From positions 38,224-102,223 of the forward strand of contig JAZNJZ010000033.1 in the NCBI GenBank assembly GCA_045578325.1: DNA of 64,000 nucleotides, read 5' to 3'. The position numbers and the translations under genes are program-made. Below the pieces are notes generated by a model, which saw only the letters and a program-made list of their open reading frames with translations, ran no database searches and was not told where the DNA came from. The first letter of the stretch is position 1. The number at the start of each line of letters is the position of its first letter. Source of the DNA: Eubacterium sp. Its GTDB lineage: Bacteria; Bacillota; Clostridia; Lachnospirales; Lachnospiraceae. Below, in pieces: positions 1 to 8,159 of the stretch.

Positions 1-1674
1 TGGATAATATGCTAGCCCCAAATCCACTTGATTGTCTACTCCGTTATACACTTTTTGCAATTCCGCTTCGCCCCACTCATCACAAATCAACTTCTCCCAT
101 TCTTCCACACCATCAAAGCAAATGGCGTCCATCACTGTGCCCTCATGGTTGGCCACCTTCATGCTGAGAACGTTTTTAAATTTGCCTCGCCTAATGGCTC
201 GCAATATACGAAAATGCTGCTCCGCAAATACGGGTTTTGGGTTGCCTGTACCGAAGGGTTCTAGCTTCTCCAAATCCAAAATCAGGCTTTCTGTAATTCG
301 CCCCAGGGGAAGTGCCACATCAATGTCCAAAATCGGATAAAAGTCTTCCTCTGTCAACCCTGCCTCTTGATTGAGGCGTTGCTCCAACTCTGGCAGATCG
401 GATTCTCGCAACGTCATACCCGCTGCCATCTTATGTCCGCCAAATCGCACCATCAGATCATGACACTCCATTAGTTTTTCAAACATATGGTAGCTTTCGA
501 TGGAACGTCCTGACCCCTTTACCAGCCCGTCTTCCACTCTAGTGAAGACAATGACTGGATGGTGATAGGCTTCTTTCAATCGTCCTGCCACGATTCCTAC
601 AAGACTCTCATGGCACTCAGGAAGCAAAATTATGTGAACTGGATTGCTCTTTTTCCCTTCCTGCTCTAGCAACTCAAATGCTTCCTTTGTAGCATCTTCT
701 GTCATTTGCTTTCGGGTGTCATTGATCTCTTTTAACTCTGCCGCCAACGCTAGCGCATCGGTATAATGCTCTGCTCCCAACAAGGTAAATGCCTTCTCCA
801 CCGTATCGATTCGTCCCGCTGCATTGAAACAAGGCCCGATGACAAAGCCGATATGATACGCTTTGATTTCTTTTTCCAACAGGTCCTGTACTTCCAACAT
901 CGCCTTCAGTCCGTGATTGTCCGTATTTCTCAGTCGCTTTAACCCTTCTCGCACGATGACACGGTTTTCATCCCGAAGTTCCATGACATCTGCCACCGTA
1001 GCAATAGCAGCGTATTCTAACAGTTTTTCCCGCTTCTTGGCATCCACTCCCACACGCTCATATAACGCGCCGATGAGCTGAAATGCCACCCCTGCACCAC
1101 ACAAACCATCAAAGGGATACTGGCAATCCTCCTGCTTCGGATCCACAACAGCGTCTGCCATCGGTAGCTCTTCCTGCACCTCGTGATGATCTGTCACTAC
1201 CACAGCTAGGCCCTTTTCCTTGGCATATTTGATTTCTGCATTTGCTGCGATTCCGTTATCACAAGTAATAAGAAAGCCCACATCTTCTGCCAGTGCTTCA
1301 TCCACGATACGATAGTTCAGACCATAACCTTCCGCCACACGATCCGGGGTATAAATACGACTTGGAATCCCACATTCCTCAAAGCCTTTTTTCAAAATAA
1401 AAGCAGAAAAAATCCCATCACAATCGAAGTCCGAGGCGATGGCTGCTCCTTTGTCTTTATGAGCCAGAATAACATCAACGGCTTTTTCCATATCTTTCAT
1501 CATCCACGGAGAATGCAACATGTCCAGGTCGCCCTTTAGATAACGAGCAATCTCTTCCTCTGTAGTAACATCACGGTTCACCATACATTTTGCCGTTACC
1601 GGATGAATCCCATACTGTTTTGCAATCTCATTAAAATCCGCTTTCTTCGTCTGTAATATCCAACGTTTTCTCAT
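1..1674 (-). CDS. recJ: Single-stranded-DNA-specific exonuclease RecJ (3' end lies outside the window; absent from ORF track)
   Basis: Manual translation from ATG at 1674: MRKRWILQTKKADF...; DHH-family motifs SDFDCDG, VVTDHH and DHHA1 motif FGGHKMAAG; RBS GAGGGG upstream. Confidence 0.93.
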   Translation of the reverse strand, partial: MRKRWILQTKKADFNEIAKQYGIHPVTAKCMVNRDVTTEEEIARYLKGDLDMLHSPWMMKDMEKAVDVILAHKDKGAAIASDFDCDGIFSAFILKKGFEECGIPSRIYTPDRVAEGYGLNYRIVDEALAEDVGFLITCDNGIAANAEIKYAKEKGLAVVVTDHHEVQEELPMADAVVDPKQEDCQYPFDGLCGAGVAFQLIGALYERVGVDAKKREKLLEYAAIATVADVMELRDENRVIVREGLKRLRNTDNHGLKAMLEVQDLLEKEIKAYHIGFVIGPCFNAAGRIDTVEKAFTLLGAEHYTDALALAAELKEINDTRKQMTEDATKEAFELLEQEGKKSNPVHIILLPECHESLVGIVAGRLKEAYHHPVIVFTRVEDGLVKGSGRSIESYHMFEKLMECHDLMVRFGGHKMAAGMTLRESDLPELEQRLNQEAGLTEEDFYPILDIDVALPLGRITESLILDLEKLEPFGTGNPKPVFAEQHFRILRAIRRGKFKNVLSMKVANHEGTVMDAICFDGVEEWEKLICDEWGEAELQKVYNGVDNQVDLGLAYYP

Positions 1675-1743
1675 GTGTATCCCCTCACTTTTTCTGACAA
1701 TAGTATACCATAAATCTTTCTTTTTTGCCAATAGGAGGGGGGC

Positions 1744-1876
1744 GTGAAAGTATTATCCTATATACAAAGAACTGGTTTCACTGAAAGATGGAAAATTTGA
1801 GGTGATTTATGGTGGAACTGTTGTTCTCAAAGCCACCGTATCACCTGAAAATGCCACATCAAAAAATATAAAGTGG
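1744..1876 (+). pseudogene. Remnant of a bacterial Ig-like (Big_2) domain gene
   Basis: Translates to ...LKDGKFEVIYGGTVVLKATVSPENATSKNIKW, matching the Big_2 pattern (G.T..L.ATV.P.NAT.K...W) and then losing similarity. The GTG at 1744 after an AGGAGG RBS is out of frame with the domain. Confidence 0.55.
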
Positions 1877-2221
1877 CTAGGACAGATCCTTTTTAAGTTT
1901 CAAAGCTTGCAATATTATATGTACTCTTTGGGTGTTAGAGTAACATATAAACTACCTTTACTTAATCTTAAGTTGTTTTTTCGTAGTTATGTATCCTTCC
2001 TTAGACACCACTACGGTTATTTTGTCAATGTCACATCTAAACACCATGGCTCAAATTGGGTAGAATAAAATAGAAAGAACGAAAGGGCATGATAAATATG
2101 TTTGAAAACTAAAGAATTTACTGAAACTGAGACACCATAAAACATAAAAAAGTCGACGTCGTTGATTCGCAACATATAGGAATCAATAACGTCGTCTTTT
2201 CTAAACAAGTAACGTCGATTA

Positions 2222-3382
2222 TTAAATCGTATCCAGCACTTGCTCAAATGTAATTTTCTCGCCATTTGAAATCAATTCAAATCCAATCGCACTATGGTTT
2301 TCAGATGTTCTTGACTCATCTTCAAAAGCATTGATTTCATACATTTCCTTAGTTCCTAATTTCTCCAAAAATTGAATCAGTACCCCTTGATAGATAATAG
2401 CGGTCATGTCATCTACTTGAATGGAACCGTGTTTCGATTCTACAATTTTCTCGATACACAAAATCAAATCCGAAACGATTGGATGTTCTTCTTCCATTTT
2501 CTCATTTTCCAGCGCCGTTTTTTCCATCGCTTTATTAAATGCTTCTCCTTGTGGAAATGGTTGTTGACTCTCCTTACATGTCAAGAAATCCAATTGTCGC
2601 AACTGGCTATCATCCACATAAAACAGAAAATTATTATTGAATCCAATCGGAGCCTGTCCTTTTACTCGCTGTACTGGATCCTTGTATCCATCCGGCCATG
2701 GAAGCCCCATATTGTCGTAGTCCACCAAAAAACAATAGCAATCAAAGGCACCATTCTGAAACTTATGTAATTTAACTTTCTCTGGTACTTGTTGTGGTTG
2801 CTCCTCCTCTTCCATTTCTGGCACCACAAACCACGAACCTGTACTTATGGCATTACGTTTCTGGTAAAATTCATAATCTTGCTGATAGGTATTATTTGGT
2901 GTTGATACAATACGCATAATCAAACTTTCTATTGTTACTCCATTATACTTTCCGCCTTGTACATCAAACCCACCTTCTCCCAGATGTTTCCCTTTCATGC
3001 GTAAGAATCCATTTGTTCCTGGAACTCGCTGCCCGAATCCACCACCTAGCGAAGTGGACGATGTCAAAAATTCCATAATACTCCATGTCAAATATTCTGG
3101 CATCACAGCATCACGAAACAACGCCATGTTAAGTGTCTTATTTTCTGCCCATTCCTTCTTTACATGACTGCACTCTGGAATAATGGCATATTGCACAAAA
3201 CCTTTGTCTGTGCCAAGGTAATAATACAATGTATTTCCCTCTACAGAGACCACCATTGATCGAATGGTACCATATGTCTCTGTCCAAAGTTGTGCCTTAC
3301 GTTTAGGATGTTCACAAAATTGCTCAAGCACCAATGGTACAACACCGACAAACTGCGAATTAGAAGCATTAAAATTCTTCAT
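2222..3382 (-). CDS. Hypothetical protein, 386 aa, no family recognised
   Basis: Long ORF with AGGAGG RBS; acidic/Gln linker EEEEQPQQVPE suggests two domains. Confidence 0.75.
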   Translation of the reverse strand: MKNFNASNSQFVGVVPLVLEQFCEHPKRKAQLWTETYGTIRSMVVSVEGNTLYYYLGTDKGFVQYAIIPECSHVKKEWAENKTLNMALFRDAVMPEYLTWSIMEFLTSSTSLGGGFGQRVPGTNGFLRMKGKHLGEGGFDVQGGKYNGVTIESLIMRIVSTPNNTYQQDYEFYQKRNAISTGSWFVVPEMEEEEQPQQVPEKVKLHKFQNGAFDCYCFLVDYDNMGLPWPDGYKDPVQRVKGQAPIGFNNNFLFYVDDSQLRQLDFLTCKESQQPFPQGEAFNKAMEKTALENEKMEEEHPIVSDLILCIEKIVESKHGSIQVDDMTAIIYQGVLIQFLEKLGTKEMYEINAFEDESRTSENHSAIGFELISNGEKITFEQVLDTI

Positions 3383-3504
3383 TTTTCATTCCTCCTATTT
3401 CATACTAAATTTCTAATCTAATTGTATCATATCGTGGAAAAAATGAACACACTCTTTTCCGCTTTGCTGCATCTCGCTGGGGGCTGGCGCCCAATCTCCG
3501 CTAC

Positions 3505-3642
3505 GCTACAAGCCATGCCCCATTCGGACTTCGCTTTGCTCCGTCCTCATGGGCGGCTGTCGCCGTATAATAAATCAAAAACAGCACATCCAACGAGCGA
3601 GCTCGTGATGTGCTGTTTCCGATTTATTGCATGGCTTGTAGC
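3505..3642. repeat. Nested palindromic (REP/MITE-like) element with 14-bp terminal inverted repeats
   Basis: GCTACAAGCCATGC (3505-3518) and GCATGGCTTGTAGC (3629-3642) are exact reverse complements; they enclose further hairpins, e.g. AACAGCACATC...GATGTGCTGTT. Confidence 0.7.
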
Positions 3643-4188
3643 TTAACCAAAGTATCGCTGCAACAATCCAGCGAATGCTTTTCCGTGTCTAGCTTCGTCT
3701 CTTGCCATCTCATGTACGGTGTCATGGATTGCATCAAGATTCTGCTCTTTCGCACGTTTTGCAAGATCAAATTTTCCTGCTGTTGCACCATTTTCTGCTG
3801 CCACACGCATCTCAAGGTTTTTCTTTGTGCTATCTGTTACAACTTCTCCTAAAAGTTCTGCAAATTTTGCTGCATGCTCTGCTTCTTCCCAAGCTGCTTT
3901 CTCCCAGTAAAGTCCGATTTCTGGATATCCTTCTCTATGAGCTACGCGAGCCATTGCAAGATACATACCTACTTCGGAGCACTCTCCCTCAAAGTTTGCA
4001 CGAAGGTCTGCAAGGATATCCTCGCTTACTCCTTTTGCTACTCCTACTACGTGCTCTGCTGCCCAGCTCAACTCGCCTTCTTTCTGCTCGTTGAATTTCT
4101 CAGCTGGTACATTACACTGTGGGCACTTCTCTGGTGCTGCATCTCCTTCATGAACATAACCACATACGGAACAAACAAATTTTTTCAT
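3643..4188 (-). CDS. rbr: Reverse rubrerythrin (N-terminal rubredoxin + ferritin-like domain), copy 2
   Basis: CSVCGY...CPQC rubredoxin motif; diiron motifs ECSE, EEAEHA, DEARHG. Confidence 0.92.
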   Translation of the reverse strand: MKKFVCSVCGYVHEGDAAPEKCPQCNVPAEKFNEQKEGELSWAAEHVVGVAKGVSEDILADLRANFEGECSEVGMYLAMARVAHREGYPEIGLYWEKAAWEEAEHAAKFAELLGEVVTDSTKKNLEMRVAAENGATAGKFDLAKRAKEQNLDAIHDTVHEMARDEARHGKAFAGLLQRYFG

Positions 4189-4253
4189 ATCGATTCTCTC
4201 CTTTTAATTAAATTATTTTATATGGTGACATTTCTGTCAAAATTACATCGTAC

Positions 4254-4634
4254 CTACAGACACTCTTTACATCTGCCATAAAAGTAAATTTGATGTCCTT
4301 CAATCTCTCCATCAAAATTTGTAGCAGCGGTGTCATTAATGCTATCGATGGATGGCATATCCAGATCCAACACGCACCCACACTTTTTACATATAAAATG
4401 ATGATGTGGTGCTACCGTAGCATCAAAATGATCAATCCCGTCACCGCAGTCCAACCGAAGAATTTCACCACAATCGGCAAGCAAATTCAGGTTGCGATAT
4501 ACGGTTCCCAGACTTATCTTAGGAAACTCCTCCCGAATCGTCATATATACGGTTTCCGCCGTTGGATGCGACTTGGTGGAGCGCAAGTAGGTGAGAATCG
4601 CCTCACGCTGCTTACTATATTTCATTCCTGCCAT
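4254..4634 (-). CDS. perR: Fur-family regulator, PerR-like
   Basis: SHPTAETVY, SLGTVYRNL, HHHFICKKCG, CKEC motifs; located between rubrerythrin genes. Confidence 0.8.
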   Translation of the reverse strand: MAGMKYSKQREAILTYLRSTKSHPTAETVYMTIREEFPKISLGTVYRNLNLLADCGEILRLDCGDGIDHFDATVAPHHHFICKKCGCVLDLDMPSIDSINDTAATNFDGEIEGHQIYFYGRCKECL

Positions 4635-4680
4635 ATATTCTCACCTCATTTCTTCAATCGAGGCGCATAGCACTGCTAGA

Positions 4681-4857
4681 TTATGCAGTAAACTCTGCTA
4701 CCAATTCTGCAATTCTATCAACACAACCACCGCATACAGTACCAGCAGAAGTCGCCTCCTGTACTGCTTCTACTGTTGTTGCGCCTGCCTCTACTGCTGC
4801 TTTAATATCCCCAGCAGTTACTCCCATACAAAAGCAAATTGTTTCGTTCATATCCAT
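4681..4857 (-). CDS. BFD-like [2Fe-2S]-binding small protein, 58 aa (not in ORF track)
   Basis: Manual translation MDMNETICFCMGVTAGDIKAAVEAGATTVEAVQEATSAGTVCGGCVDRIAELVAEFTA; CxC...CxxC motif; GGAGG RBS. Confidence 0.85.
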   Translation of the reverse strand: MDMNETICFCMGVTAGDIKAAVEAGATTVEAVQEATSAGTVCGGCVDRIAELVAEFTA

Positions 4858-4890
4858 AACAAATACCTCCTATATAGACAATGATTTTTA

Positions 4891-5436
4891 TTATCCAAAA
4901 TATCTCTTTAACAAACCTTCAAATGCTTTTCCGTGACGAGCCTCATCTCTTGCCATCTCATGTACAGTGTCATGGATTGCATCGAGGTTCTGCTCTTTCG
5001 CACGTTTTGCAAGATCAAATTTTCCTGCTGTTGCACCATTCTCTGCTGCCACACGCATCTCAAGATTTTTCTTTGTGCTATCCGTTACCACTTCTCCCAG
5101 AAGCTCTGCGAATTTTGCTGCATGCTCTGCTTCTTCCCAAGCTGCTTTCTCCCAGTAAAGTCCGATTTCTGGATAACCTTCTCTATGAGCTACACGAGCC
5201 ATTGCAAGATACATACCTACCTCAGAACACTCTCCTTCGAAGTTTGCACGAAGGTCTGCAAGGATGTCCTCGCTTACTCCTTTTGCTACTCCTACTACAT
5301 GCTCTGCTGCCCAGCTCAACTCGCCTTCTTTCTGCTCGTTGAATTTCTCAGCTGGTACATTACACTGTGGGCACTTTTCTGGTGCTGCATCTCCTTCATG
5401 AACATAACCACATACGGAACAAACAAATTTTTTCAT
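4891..5436 (-). CDS. rbr: Reverse rubrerythrin, copy 1
   Basis: Same motifs as 3643-4188; the two proteins differ at only 2 residues near the C-terminus. Confidence 0.92.
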   Translation of the reverse strand: MKKFVCSVCGYVHEGDAAPEKCPQCNVPAEKFNEQKEGELSWAAEHVVGVAKGVSEDILADLRANFEGECSEVGMYLAMARVAHREGYPEIGLYWEKAAWEEAEHAAKFAELLGEVVTDSTKKNLEMRVAAENGATAGKFDLAKRAKEQNLDAIHDTVHEMARDEARHGKAFEGLLKRYFG

Positions 5437-5470
5437 AGTAAATCTCTCCTTTATTTTTATTATTGATATT

Positions 5471-5521
5471 AGTAATCGTTACTGTTATTGATATAATACA
5501 ATATGAATCGACAAATGTCAA
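5471..5521 (-). promoter_or_regulatory. SigA promoter with putative PerR operator
   Basis: TTGACA (5521-5516), 17 nt, TATTAT (5498-5493); near-palindrome AGTAATCGTTACT at 5471-5483, just downstream of the -10. Confidence 0.6.
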
Positions 5522-5597
5522 CACTTTTTGAAAAATTTTTTCAACAAATTTTCTTTCTTGCTAATCTATGATATAATATAGAGAAAAGAGGTTTTTT

Positions 5598-6854
5598 ATG
5601 AACAAAAGAAAATACATATTTAGCAGATTGTTCACAGGGATTCTAACCGGACTTCTGGCGGGTGGCGTCATCTGCCTTTATCGATACCTTATTACCATCT
5701 GCGACAAAGCACTCAATAAATATATTTTCCCGTTCATTCACAACGGAAACCCGTTTGCCCTTCCCCTCTGGTGCGCAGGGCTTGTTGTATTGGCTTTTAT
5801 CGTTCATATGAGTATTCGATGGGAAAAACATGCGCGTGGTGGCGGTATTCCCCATGCGGTCCAGGAAGCGGCCGAGTTGCAAGACAGCACTTGGGACCGG
5901 GTCATCCTTGGCAAACTCATTACGGCACCGCTATGCCTTCTCGCTGGTTTCTCTTTAGGAAAAGCTGGACCTGCCATCGAACTGGGTGCCATGGCCGGAA
6001 AGGGAATTTCTAAAATCACATACAATATCCATCGTTTGTTTTTCTACCAACCACAACCAAAGATTCCAACTTCCGAAGGAATTCGTGCTGGAGCAGCCGC
6101 AGGACTTTCTGCGCTTTTCAATGCTCCCGTGGCAGGGTTTTTTTTCGCCATAGAAAAAATGAAAAAGACACCTGGCATTTCCTTGGTATCCATTCTTTCT
6201 GCGTCCCTAGCCGCCTTCTGGGTTAGCACTTGCGTGTATGGCCATGCGCCTATCGTTTCCTTTTCTCTCATCACTGCCAATCCCTTAGACTATCTCTCCT
6301 TTGCTGTACTTGGCATTTTCATGGGGCTCCTTGGCACATTTTATGCCGGCTCCCTAACCTATTTTACGAAAAAGTTTTCCACAAAGAACGGCTTTTCCCA
6401 GCTGGCTCTGTGGATCTTTGCTTTTGTCCTTGCTGGAATAACAGGATACTATCTTCCAGAAATCACAGGCGGTGGCACCAATCTTCTCGCCGTTATGGCA
6501 ACTCCTTCTGTGACTCTGCGAACTCTTTGCTATTTGGCCTTTGCCAAATATCTTTTCTCCATGCTTTCCTCTGGTTCCGGATTACCTGGTGGCACGGTGT
6601 TCCCTCTTCTCACCATTGGTGGTTGTCTGGGACAATGTTTCGCAATGATAGCAAATACACTCTTTCCTTCTCTGGAAATCACTCCTCTGAACTGGATCAT
6701 TCCAAGTATGGCCGGATTCTTTACCGCTGTTATCGGCGCACCGCTTACTGGTGTGTTTTTGCTCTGCGAATTCACTTGTCAGTATGAAATCTTTCTACCA
6801 CTGGCAATCACTTGTGGACTCTCCCATCTCGTGGCCAAAATTCTCACAAAATAA
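5598..6854 (+). CDS. ClC-family chloride channel/transporter with degenerate motifs
   Basis: Multi-TM protein with ClC landmarks GGGIP (canonical GSGIP), GKAGP (canonical GREGP), AAGLSALFNAPVAG.FF..E, GLPGGTVFP, APLTG.FL..E.T. Confidence 0.85.
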   Translation: MNKRKYIFSRLFTGILTGLLAGGVICLYRYLITICDKALNKYIFPFIHNGNPFALPLWCAGLVVLAFIVHMSIRWEKHARGGGIPHAVQEAAELQDSTWDRVILGKLITAPLCLLAGFSLGKAGPAIELGAMAGKGISKITYNIHRLFFYQPQPKIPTSEGIRAGAAAGLSALFNAPVAGFFFAIEKMKKTPGISLVSILSASLAAFWVSTCVYGHAPIVSFSLITANPLDYLSFAVLGIFMGLLGTFYAGSLTYFTKKFSTKNGFSQLALWIFAFVLAGITGYYLPEITGGGTNLLAVMATPSVTLRTLCYLAFAKYLFSMLSSGSGLPGGTVFPLLTIGGCLGQCFAMIANTLFPSLEITPLNWIIPSMAGFFTAVIGAPLTGVFLLCEFTCQYEIFLPLAITCGLSHLVAKILTK

Positions 6855-6870
6855 ATCCATTGTCCTTCGC

Positions 6871-6897
6871 ACCTTCTGCGAATTTTGTCATAAATTA
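6871..6897 (+). promoter_or_regulatory. Putative mother-cell (SigK-like) promoter of cotJ operon
   Basis: AC (6871-6872), 16 nt, CATAAATTA (6889-6897), fitting the AC-N16-CATAnnnTA consensus. Confidence 0.5.
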
Positions 6898-6924
6898 TAG
6901 TAAAAAGACAAAAGGAGAATTTCC

Positions 6925-7206
6925 ATGAATAATCAATATTCCAACTCTTGTGGCTGTGACAATGCCGGCGCTACTATGCAACCCGCTTCACAGTACAAGC
7001 AGAGAAAAAGTCTGGCTATGGCTTACGTTCCTTGGCAGACTTGGCAAAATGTAATGGACGGCTGCAGTGGTTTAAAACACGGCTCCATCTTTGAAGAATT
7101 GGTGCTTCCATTTGAAGGCACAAAAGCCGCCTGCGCCTTCTATAATCGCCGAGACAGCAAAGACATGGGGTACAACAACACGTATTATAGGAGGGGAATG
7201 AAATGA
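6925..7206 (+). CDS. cotJA: Spore coat-associated protein CotJA
   Basis: LAMAYVPWQ.W and GL..GSIFEEL..PF motifs; first gene of a cotJ operon. Confidence 0.88.
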   Translation: MNNQYSNSCGCDNAGATMQPASQYKQRKSLAMAYVPWQTWQNVMDGCSGLKHGSIFEELVLPFEGTKAACAFYNRRDSKDMGYNNTYYRRGMK

Positions 7207-7463
7207 ATCCGTCTGACCGCGCCAAAATGATGCGTTACATTCAGGAACTGGGCTTTGCCATCGACGATATCGTCCTTTATCTGGATACCCATCCGAAAGA
7301 TCAAGATGCTTTGATGTACTACGAAAAGTATAAAAAAATGTACAAAGAGGCACGTAAAGAATACACAAAGTATTTTGGACCTCTTGTAAATGAAAATGTT
7401 AATATTGAAAATGGCTGTTGGAGTTGGGTAGAAGGTCCATGGCCTTGGGAAGGGGGTTGCTAG
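7203..7463 (+). CDS. cotJB: Spore coat protein CotJB
   Basis: FAIDDIVLYLDTHP.D..AL, Y..YFGPL, W.WVEGPWPWE motifs. Confidence 0.92.
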   Translation: MNPSDRAKMMRYIQELGFAIDDIVLYLDTHPKDQDALMYYEKYKKMYKEARKEYTKYFGPLVNENVNIENGCWSWVEGPWPWEGGC

Positions 7464-7466
7464 GAA

Positions 7467-7652
7467 ATGTGGAATTATGAAAAACGATTGCAATATCCGG
7501 TAAATATTGCAAGACCAAATGCTCAATTGGCAAAAGTGATCATTAGTCAGTTCGGAGGTCCCGACGGAGAGGTCGGAGCAGCCATGCGTTATCTCTCCCA
7601 GCGCTACTCCAACACCAACCGTAAGGTAGCTGGTGTTTTGACGGATATTGGT
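7467..7652 (+). CDS. cotJC: CotJC (Mn-catalase family), 5' part of split gene, codons 1-62
   Basis: MWNYEKRLQYPVNI...SQFGGPDGEVGAAMRYLSQRY...LTDIG; similarity stops at Gly62 and the track ORF 7467-8240 reads through into unrelated sequence. Confidence 0.92.
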
Positions 7653-7806
7653 GTATCGGTACTGAAAATGCCCCAAAAGATTGTCCTACCTAAGAACACC
7701 TCCACGCAACTTGATAGTATAAGATCTTTCTATTTCTTGACAATAATCTCTTCCTATAATAAAATAACATTTAGAAGAAATGGGTTTTTTACCGTACGTG
7801 CAAAGA

Positions 7807-8159
7807 TTACTCTTTGTAGCCAAGCGGGGTGCCCGTTTCTCTTTTTATATTCACAATATCATACAAATACAATTTTCCATTTCTATCATGACGAACTAGT
7901 AATTCTGCATAAAACATATTATATCTCTCCACATCTCCATTTTCGTCAAATACAGGAAGGGCAAATCGTTTCCCAGATAAATTACATCTCCTGTTTCCAA
8001 AACTTCAAAAAACTCTCCTATGTACTGTTTCAGATATTTTTCCACATCATCCCAATTGATCTTTCGCTTGCCCCGAAAATAAATATCATGGATAATAACA
8101 ATCTTTTTCCCTTCCAAATCTTCAATAATGCTCACATTTCTATCCATTTCGTATCTCAT
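7807..8159 (-). pseudogene. Internally deleted, frameshifted cargo gene (LYDIVNIK-type; possibly LPD3/BECR-like family)
   Basis: N-terminal frame ...IFRGKRKINWDDVEKYLK...YLGNDLP-like segment (track ORF 7896-8159) overlaps a second frame RFALPVFDENGDVERYNMFYAELLVRHDRNGKLYLYDIVNIKRETGTPLGYKE* (7968-7807) across the 9 nt CGATTTGCC. Family assignment is from recollection. Confidence 0.65.

Noticed and set aside
2017-2265. 82-aa minus-strand ORF and recurring ACGTCG hexamers (2150-2220)
   Set aside because: No RBS or family, overlaps the upstream gene end, and the repeats are short and irregularly spaced.
7737-7760. TTGACA...TATAAT inside the element as a SigA promoter
   Set aside because: The spacer is only 12 nt.
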